Source: an uncultured Gammaproteobacteria bacterium (lineage in GTDB: Bacteria; Pseudomonadota; Gammaproteobacteria; Steroidobacterales; MnTg04). Taken from it: 64,000 bases of DNA. Position 1 is the first letter of the stretch, and every line of letters starts with the position of its first letter. This document shows positions 59,501 through 64,000 of this stretch, piece after piece. Under the pieces are notes generated by a model. The model saw nothing but the letters and a program-made list of their open reading frames with translations. It did not search any database and was not told the DNA's origin. The stretch lies in contig CAZMOM010000004.1 of the NCBI GenBank assembly GCA_964568075.1, forward strand, positions 89,227 through 153,226. Direction: 5' to 3'. The position numbers and the translations under genes were made by a program.

Positions 59501-61266
59501 GCCGTGATGACTTGCCGATCGTTGCCGGTGAATACGCTCGGCGATGTCACCTGCGCCAGGCGGCTCGTGTGGTTGTCGAGATACAGATAGCTCGTCAGCC
59601 TTTCTTCGGCCGTACCCACGGCTTCTGTTTTGCTGATCTTATGGTAGGTGTCGTAGGTGTAGCTGGTCTGAACGCCACGTTCATTGGTGGTACTGAGAAT
59701 TCGCCGTCTTTGGTCGCCGAAGGGATGAGCGTAAGCAATGCTTGTTGACTGCCCGCCAAATGCTGTGCCATTGACCCGTTTCGCCCAGCTAGTATCCGTG
59801 GTGAAAGAATAGGTCTTGATGTTCCCGGCGGCGTCAGTAACCAGCGTGTCGCCATTCGCTTCGTAGCTCAACGTGAGTCGTTCGTAACCACCCACATGTT
59901 CGGTCGAAATCGCACGACCGACCAGGTCGTACGCAAACATCGCAAATCGATCGCCATTTTCATCCGTAATCCCCGTCAGGTGGTTGGCGTATTTGATGTC
60001 CTCGTAGTGGTAGGTACGGACACTGCCGTCTTCGTGAGCGACGGTCGTAAGATTATTTCTCGAGTCATAGGCGTACTGGATAAGCTGTCCGTCCGGTGTT
60101 TGCACGCTTTCCAGGCGACCCAGGAAAAAGCCACTGGAATCGTAGTTAAACTTCAGCTGATGCCCGAACGGCCCGGTGACCGTATCGACCTGACCGGTGT
60201 TGTAGGTAATGGTCGTCGAACGACCCGCTTCGTCAACCAGCTCAACCAGCGCACCGGTTGCGTCATAGATTTCTCTCGCTCCGGTCTTTTGGTAAACGAC
60301 GAACTGATCAGCCTCTTTCTTGATGATCAGATCAACATTTTCATAAGCGATATAGGTATCGGTTGCGGAGTATCTCAGCGTATCCTGATGACCATCCCCG
60401 CGGATCAGTCCACTGGGATTTCCGCCATAAACAGTGATCCTGGCCTGGTAGTTATGCCGCCAGCCCACGCCGAGACCGGTCGATTTTTCTGAATTAAATG
60501 AATGATAAGTCCGTTCCAGCGATGGACCCGGACCCGTGTAATCCGATTCTTTCTGTAATTTGTCTCCGGAACCAACATCGCAGGGATTACCGACAGAGCA
60601 CGATTGAATCAGCGGCCGACCGGTTACTTTTCCGATATCGGGAAGAAAGCAATGAGGAATTGCCAGCCTGGACCAAAAAGGAGACTCGCATGCTATCGGG
60701 CGCCGTCTCGACCCACCGTCGTATGCTGCCATCGGAATGCAAGTTTCCAACGTACTGGACCATCCCCAGGTATCAACGTCGTAGTTACGATCCTGGTCCT
60801 CGACAATTTCGTACCACCAGCCATCCCATGGCGTATACCAATCTCCATCCGGCGTAACTGCCACAGGACTGCCAGCACAGTTGGCAGGCAACTGACTTTC
60901 ATATTTCACTTTCAGAAACGAAACATACTCTGCCTCGGTCGCATACAACTCGACATCAAAAAAATGCGTACTGTATTCCCACACTCCTATAACGGGATCT
61001 TTGGGCTCCGCGACAAATTTAAACCAAACGTGCTGGTCCGTGGTAATCCTGTCTACACCCGTTTCCTCGGTCAGGTATTCACCGTTATTGGTTACAACTT
61101 CCATTCTTGCGACGGCTTCGGCCTTGCTTTGAAAGGTCAAGAATTCTGTATCATTCGCCGCCTTCCATTCCCAGGGCTCATAGGCCGACACCTGATAGGA
61201 GACAATCAAGCTAAGAATTAAGGCAATCAACAACATCGACATTTTTTCTGGCGCAGGTAACTTCAT
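56590..61266 (-). CDS. Rhs/YD-repeat toxin with Sec signal peptide and glycine-zipper-like C-terminal domain
   Basis: Many YD repeats (YxYDxxGN/RL..), an N-terminal plug-like GNPCDVGSGDK, a DHL motif (YLHSDHLATV) and the core end RFYDPGTGRYVSTDP...YFDPYGL, followed by a 154-aa Gly/Ala-rich tail. ATG 61266 (MKLPAPEK.., RBS ggag) is preferred. The ORF track starts at 61314. Confidence 0.92.
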   Translation of the reverse strand: MKLPAPEKMSMLLIALILSLIVSYQVSAYEPWEWKAANDTEFLTFQSKAEAVARMEVVTNNGEYLTEETGVDRITTDQHVWFKFVAEPKDPVIGVWEYSTHFFDVELYATEAEYVSFLKVKYESQLPANCAGSPVAVTPDGDWYTPWDGWWYEIVEDQDRNYDVDTWGWSSTLETCIPMAAYDGGSRRRPIACESPFWSRLAIPHCFLPDIGKVTGRPLIQSCSVGNPCDVGSGDKLQKESDYTGPGPSLERTYHSFNSEKSTGLGVGWRHNYQARITVYGGNPSGLIRGDGHQDTLRYSATDTYIAYENVDLIIKKEADQFVVYQKTGAREIYDATGALVELVDEAGRSTTITYNTGQVDTVTGPFGHQLKFNYDSSGFFLGRLESVQTPDGQLIQYAYDSRNNLTTVAHEDGSVRTYHYEDIKYANHLTGITDENGDRFAMFAYDLVGRAISTEHVGGYERLTLSYEANGDTLVTDAAGNIKTYSFTTDTSWAKRVNGTAFGGQSTSIAYAHPFGDQRRRILSTTNERGVQTSYTYDTYHKISKTEAVGTAEERLTSYLYLDNHTSRLAQVTSPSVFTGNDRQVITAYNAAQLPESVTIDGYRPDGTAVSRSISFRYNTNGQITSVDGPRTDDSDTTKFSYYNCATGAECGQLLSVTNALGHVTTYDSYDAAGRLTQSTDPNGLVTTYIYDLRGRVTTISQSPSGGTARTMLMTYDNAGQLKTNTSPAGVTLTYTYDAAHNLLSVTDELGNHIDYTYDLKGNQAEEKIYDASNVLKRTLTKTYDIWDNIDTINNGSSITDLLFDALGNLDSETDANLNATTNNYDPLNRLTDTLDALSGSTVYGYDVTDNLTSVHAPNGALTTYEYDDLGNLLSESSPDRGQIFYTHDIAGNVVGVTDARGVTTTYSYDVLNRVTKTQYPDASENVTYTFDTGTSGIARLAAIADQSGITSYGYNTFGDVVSDVKVIDGVSYTTSYLYDGAGNITDITYPDGRIVSYVRDAAGQLTQVNTSVDSVTTAIISNAAYEPFGPVTSMTYANGVSMDYAYDQAYRVTGITMNGLLDKSYGLDPVGNILGITDLVDPAMNQSFTYDALNRLETDQGNYAGDAFTYDANGNRTSDSSGTYDYLSLSNRLTAIAGESVVLDAAGNTTSLRGMDLAYNDSGRLQSVSAAVTTKYRGKPKTTITEVGVYTYNALGQRVKKIANGRSTIYHYDLGGNLILETTDGGVAETSYLWLGNRPVAQIGPVTTTTRNGKGNGNGNGKGKGNGNGNGKGNGNGNGNGKGKVTTTTEERLTYLHSDHLATVRSGTDDTGKIVWRWDGDGFGGVAADGDPDGDGSNVTLNLRFPGQYFDAESGLHYNYFRFYDPGTGRYVSTDPLGQSAAINLFVYAKNSPIVYFDPYGLYCLTQVQINAIAASIGGGFGGLVSGAITGAVVGGIPGAIALGLAGAVRGAGVGMASAIVIQQVGAAGGVGMAAVATNSGPGGKARSAAGAAVGAVAGDLLGDGATAAAVSGALGGAIGTDPVTGAVGGATGGIAGAIAARILAAGNDCEDECGE
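57409..57510 (-). repeat. 17 tandem hexanucleotide units (ggcaat/ggcaag on the coding strand) encoding (GN/GK)17 inside the Rhs gene
   Basis: The plus strand reads cttgcc/attgcc repeated from 57409 to 57510. The peptide is RNGKGNGNGNGKGKGNGNGNGKGNGNGNGNGKGK, flanked by TTT and VTTTT. Confidence 0.95.
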
Positions 61267-61725
61267 AATGAAACAGCTCCGGACAATTCGTTTAGTACTG
61301 CCAATGGCTCGCATTCTTTAGTGAAAAACGCCGAGCAAGCATTGGCGACATGGTCCGCAGCATGTTTTCAGGTTCAGTACGTTCTTGCGAGATTCGAATC
61401 CGAACAGATCGATCAGAAATTCGATTAGCTGCTGATAAAGCAACCTACAGGTTGAAAATAGGTGCTGGTGTTAGGTTATGAAGATATTAATTGATTGGTT
61501 TTTGCTTGAATTCGAAATTGTATGTTTTTAAAACCTGGCGAATCGCAGATTCAGGTCGACAGAACTGGCTCGACTTTTTCGGCGTCCCTGCCATACCCAA
61601 TATCTGCTTCTGACAACCTTGGGATCGTGCTTTGGTGAAGTTGCATTTACCAGCCGGAAAACTGGCTCAAATAAGTAAATAACTTAACACCGGCACCATT
61701 TTCAAACTCGGCACCGTTGTCAAAC

Positions 61726-62538
61726 TCACCATGTCAAACGCGTTGTCGGGCCCGTGAATGGCCATCCGCGTTGCTGCGCGTAGAATTTCAAGTCCACGAT
61801 TCGATCGCCCCCGGACGGATGCGTCGAAAAATAAGTAACGAGGTCGGGAATGCCGTAATCATCACGGATCATTCGGTCAAAGAACCCCCAGGATTCATTC
61901 ACATGACCGTATTCTGCATACACGATTTCGAGTCCGAAACTGTCGGCATCGGATTCCTGCTCCCGGCTAAATCTACGCATGGTCAAATCGGCAATGCTGA
62001 TGCCAAAACTCCCACCTCCTTCATTGCTGCTCAACGCAGCGAACAAAATACCCAGAGCGATCCCCCGGCCAAGCTGGCGAATATGATCGCGATTTCGAAA
62101 GTGCCCGAACTCGTGACCCAACACAAATGCGAGCTCATTCTCCGTTTCGACGCGATCCAACAACGCCGTCGTAACGATAATCAGTCCACCGGGAAGCGCC
62201 ATCGCATTGGGCACTTCCGATTCACTGACTTCGAGACGAAACGTGTACGGTGAATCCGGCCAATGACGTGCCAAACGCTCGACCAATGCGCGTGTTTGGC
62301 TGTCCCGGTCATCATCGGCTTTTATCGAAATGAGATCGTCCGGTGTCCAGGTTGAAAAGAATTTTGCCTCCGTCTCGGTGGACACGAACGTCAAGACCAG
62401 GTCAACAAAAAAGACCACCGCCAGTACGATGACCACGAAAATTGCCGACAGACCTAAAACCAGTGTGCCCGCTTCGGTAAGCGGATGCACGTCGCTGACA
62501 TTAATGCCTTCGCGTGGCTTCTTTGGTATGAATTTCAC
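61726..62538 (-). CDS. membrane-anchored M48 family zinc metallopeptidase
   Basis: N-terminal TM helix, the zinc motif FVLGHEFGHFRNRDH, and downstream E..AD. Confidence 0.85.
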   Translation of the reverse strand: MKFIPKKPREGINVSDVHPLTEAGTLVLGLSAIFVVIVLAVVFFVDLVLTFVSTETEAKFFSTWTPDDLISIKADDDRDSQTRALVERLARHWPDSPYTFRLEVSESEVPNAMALPGGLIIVTTALLDRVETENELAFVLGHEFGHFRNRDHIRQLGRGIALGILFAALSSNEGGGSFGISIADLTMRRFSREQESDADSFGLEIVYAEYGHVNESWGFFDRMIRDDYGIPDLVTYFSTHPSGGDRIVDLKFYAQQRGWPFTGPTTRLTW

Positions 62539-62558
62539 TGCAACTTGCGGACCCGCAG

Positions 62559-63032
62559 TTACGTCAGTGTAACGGCGGTGCCGAACGCAAGCATTTCAAC
62601 TCCTGCCGTGCCCTGACCGTCCTTGCGGGCACTGGCCAGTCGCGACGTTTCGAGACGCACATTGACAACCGCATCATAGCCACGAGCTTTCGCGTCTTCG
62701 ATCATCCGCAGCACAGCCTCACGGCGTGCCCGATCCAGGAGCGGTTCGTACGTTTTCACCCGTCCTCCGATGATGCCGCGCAAGCCGGCAATGATGCGTT
62801 TGAAATAATCCAATGACACCACCACACTACCAGTCACCAGTTCAGCGGACCCAACACGCCAATCGGACGGTAACGTAGCAAACGTTATGACTGGAAAACC
62901 GTGCATCTTCTCTTCCCGGGCACGTATTTCCTTGTAGTGCTTTTTCTCAATGGCGTTGCCTATAAAATAGGCAGCGATCAGCACGAGCAGCGGGATGCCA
63001 AAATTCACGATCAAGTCAAAATAATCTGTCAT
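62559..63032 (-). CDS. TM-anchored YbjQ/UPF0145 family protein
   Basis: MTDYFDLIVNFGIPLLVLIAAYFIG (TM helix) followed by a YbjQ-like domain (GGR...YE.LL...R.EA..RM...A...G.DAVVN.R...S, F.GTAV). ATG 63032 follows the RBS aggag. The ORF-track start at 63122 would overlap the upstream gene. Confidence 0.75.
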   Translation of the reverse strand: MTDYFDLIVNFGIPLLVLIAAYFIGNAIEKKHYKEIRAREEKMHGFPVITFATLPSDWRVGSAELVTGSVVVSLDYFKRIIAGLRGIIGGRVKTYEPLLDRARREAVLRMIEDAKARGYDAVVNVRLETSRLASARKDGQGTAGVEMLAFGTAVTLT

Positions 63033-63042
63033 GAAGGTGCTC

Positions 63043-63381
63043 CTAGGCGACGCGCACGGCGGTTCCGTACGCGAACAATTCGGCTGCACCTTGAGCAACT
63101 GAACTCGTTGCATAGCGCACATTTATGACCGCGTTTGCACCCATGGATTGCGCTTGCGCGACCATACGTTCAGTCGCCTCACGCCGGGATTCTTGCAACA
63201 GCTCCGTGTAACCTTTTAGCTCGCCACCTACGATGTTTTTGAAACCAGCCATGATGTCCCGACCGATGTGTTTGGCCCGCACAGTATTGCCTGTGACTAG
63301 CCCATAAAATTCGGCGATCTGTTTGCCGGGGACGGTCTCCGTGTTGCTCAAAATAATAGGGTATCTGCTTTCGGGGCTCAT
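63043..63381 (-). CDS. YbjQ/UPF0145 family protein
   Basis: 112 aa with the typical G..I.....LV.G..V.......D..A....I.GGE...Y..L....R..A..RM...A...GANAV...R pattern. Confidence 0.8.
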   Translation of the reverse strand: MSPESRYPIILSNTETVPGKQIAEFYGLVTGNTVRAKHIGRDIMAGFKNIVGGELKGYTELLQESRREATERMVAQAQSMGANAVINVRYATSSVAQGAAELFAYGTAVRVA

Positions 63382-63581
63382 AAGTGCTCCTTTCGATCAC
63401 GGAAATGAATCATGTACCGCGTCAATTCTACCACTGCTCAAAGAGACCCGGAAGTTGGTACGGGTCGTTAAGTTAGTAAGTTATTGATTTTTCGGCGGTG
63501 TCCGTCCTGTATCTCTTTTACCGTCAACTCGATAACTGGTTCAAACAACTAAATAACTTAATGACCGGCACGATATTCTCG

Positions 63582-63890
63582 CTAGGGCATTTGTTGGTGT
63601 ACAACGATATACGCTAGTGCGAGCAGGAAAACCGTATAGACGCTTATTCCTGTCCAGCTTTGCCACCTCACAGTTTTCCGGCAGGTCGATGCAGCGACCG
63701 CAAGCGCGACTGGCGGAACCAGCCCTACAAACGGATATCCCGGTGCAGCTGCGAGATATAGTGATATCGGTATGATCAAGATAACACCAACCCAGACCAA
63801 GTATGGTTTTCTCAACCAGGCACCAGCCGTCGCGAGCAACAGAGCGCTCACAGGGCTTGGCCAACCCACAAGAATTCCGATCGTATCCAT
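63582..63890 (-). CDS. small membrane protein, unknown function
   Basis: 102 aa with 3-4 hydrophobic helices and no motif. Confidence 0.45.
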   Translation of the reverse strand: MDTIGILVGWPSPVSALLLATAGAWLRKPYLVWVGVILIIPISLYLAAAPGYPFVGLVPPVALAVAASTCRKTVRWQSWTGISVYTVFLLALAYIVVHQQMP

Positions 63891-63919
63891 GCTATTTGGA
63901 ATTAAGTTGGTACCGGTTA

Positions 63920-64000
63920 TTAAGCCTTGACGCAGGGATCTTCATCGTCACTATGCCAGGTCAGGTTATGAGGTTCAAAATCGTCTTCCAATGTTGGCTT
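63920..64000 (-). CDS. possible 3' end of a CDS truncated by the window edge
   Basis: The open frame runs to the window edge and reads ...KPTLEDDFEPHNLTWHSDDEDPCVKA* (stop at 63922-63920). There is no other support. Confidence 0.25.
   Translation of the reverse strand, partial: KPTLEDDFEPHNLTWHSDDEDPCVKA

Overview
This is a chromosomal window from a gammaproteobacterium. The backbone is conserved: mnmG (12.2-14.1 kb), rsmG-parA-parB-atpIBEFHAGDC (29.5-39.3 kb) and glmU-glmS (47.6-50.8 kb). These blocks are usually contiguous, but here each junction carries extra DNA. (1) The left edge (90-4946) is a visibly more A+T-rich, tightly coupled four-gene operon. It encodes an exonuclease/DUF429-like/P-loop-kinase fusion, a short PurA (PurZ-like) adenylosuccinate-synthetase homologue, a membrane-anchored dCTP-deaminase/dUTPase-fold protein that seems to lack the deaminase catalytic Glu, and a deoxynucleoside-kinase-like protein. 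I consider this the best candidate for an undescribed system, either nucleotide-modifying or nucleotide-depleting defence, or biosynthesis of a non-canonical nucleotide. (2) About 15 kb of ordinary metabolic genes separate mnmG from rsmG: oppABCDF, a DUF945 gene, cytochromes c, an MBL hydrolase, an acuI/yhdH-like gene, prpBCD and a Trx-NHL gene. (3) An 8-kb block of small enzymes sits between atpC and glmU. (4) Directly downstream of glmS (50.9-56.2 kb) lies an integron-type array of about 9 promoterless cassettes separated by recognisable attC sites, with no integrase in the window (CALIN-like). It is followed by an Rhs/YD-repeat toxin with a glycine-zipper C-terminal domain, a coupled immunity-like gene and an internal (GN/GK)17 hexanucleotide repeat, and then by a YbjQ-YbjQ-M48 protease operon. 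Smaller items are a MITE-like inverted-repeat element between prpC and prpD with a partial second copy upstream of glmU, a 52-bp tandem duplication between parA and parB, a glutathione-peroxidase gene remnant, and a gene frameshifted in a T5 run. All calls rest on by-eye motif recognition and the supplied ORF track. No database search was possible.
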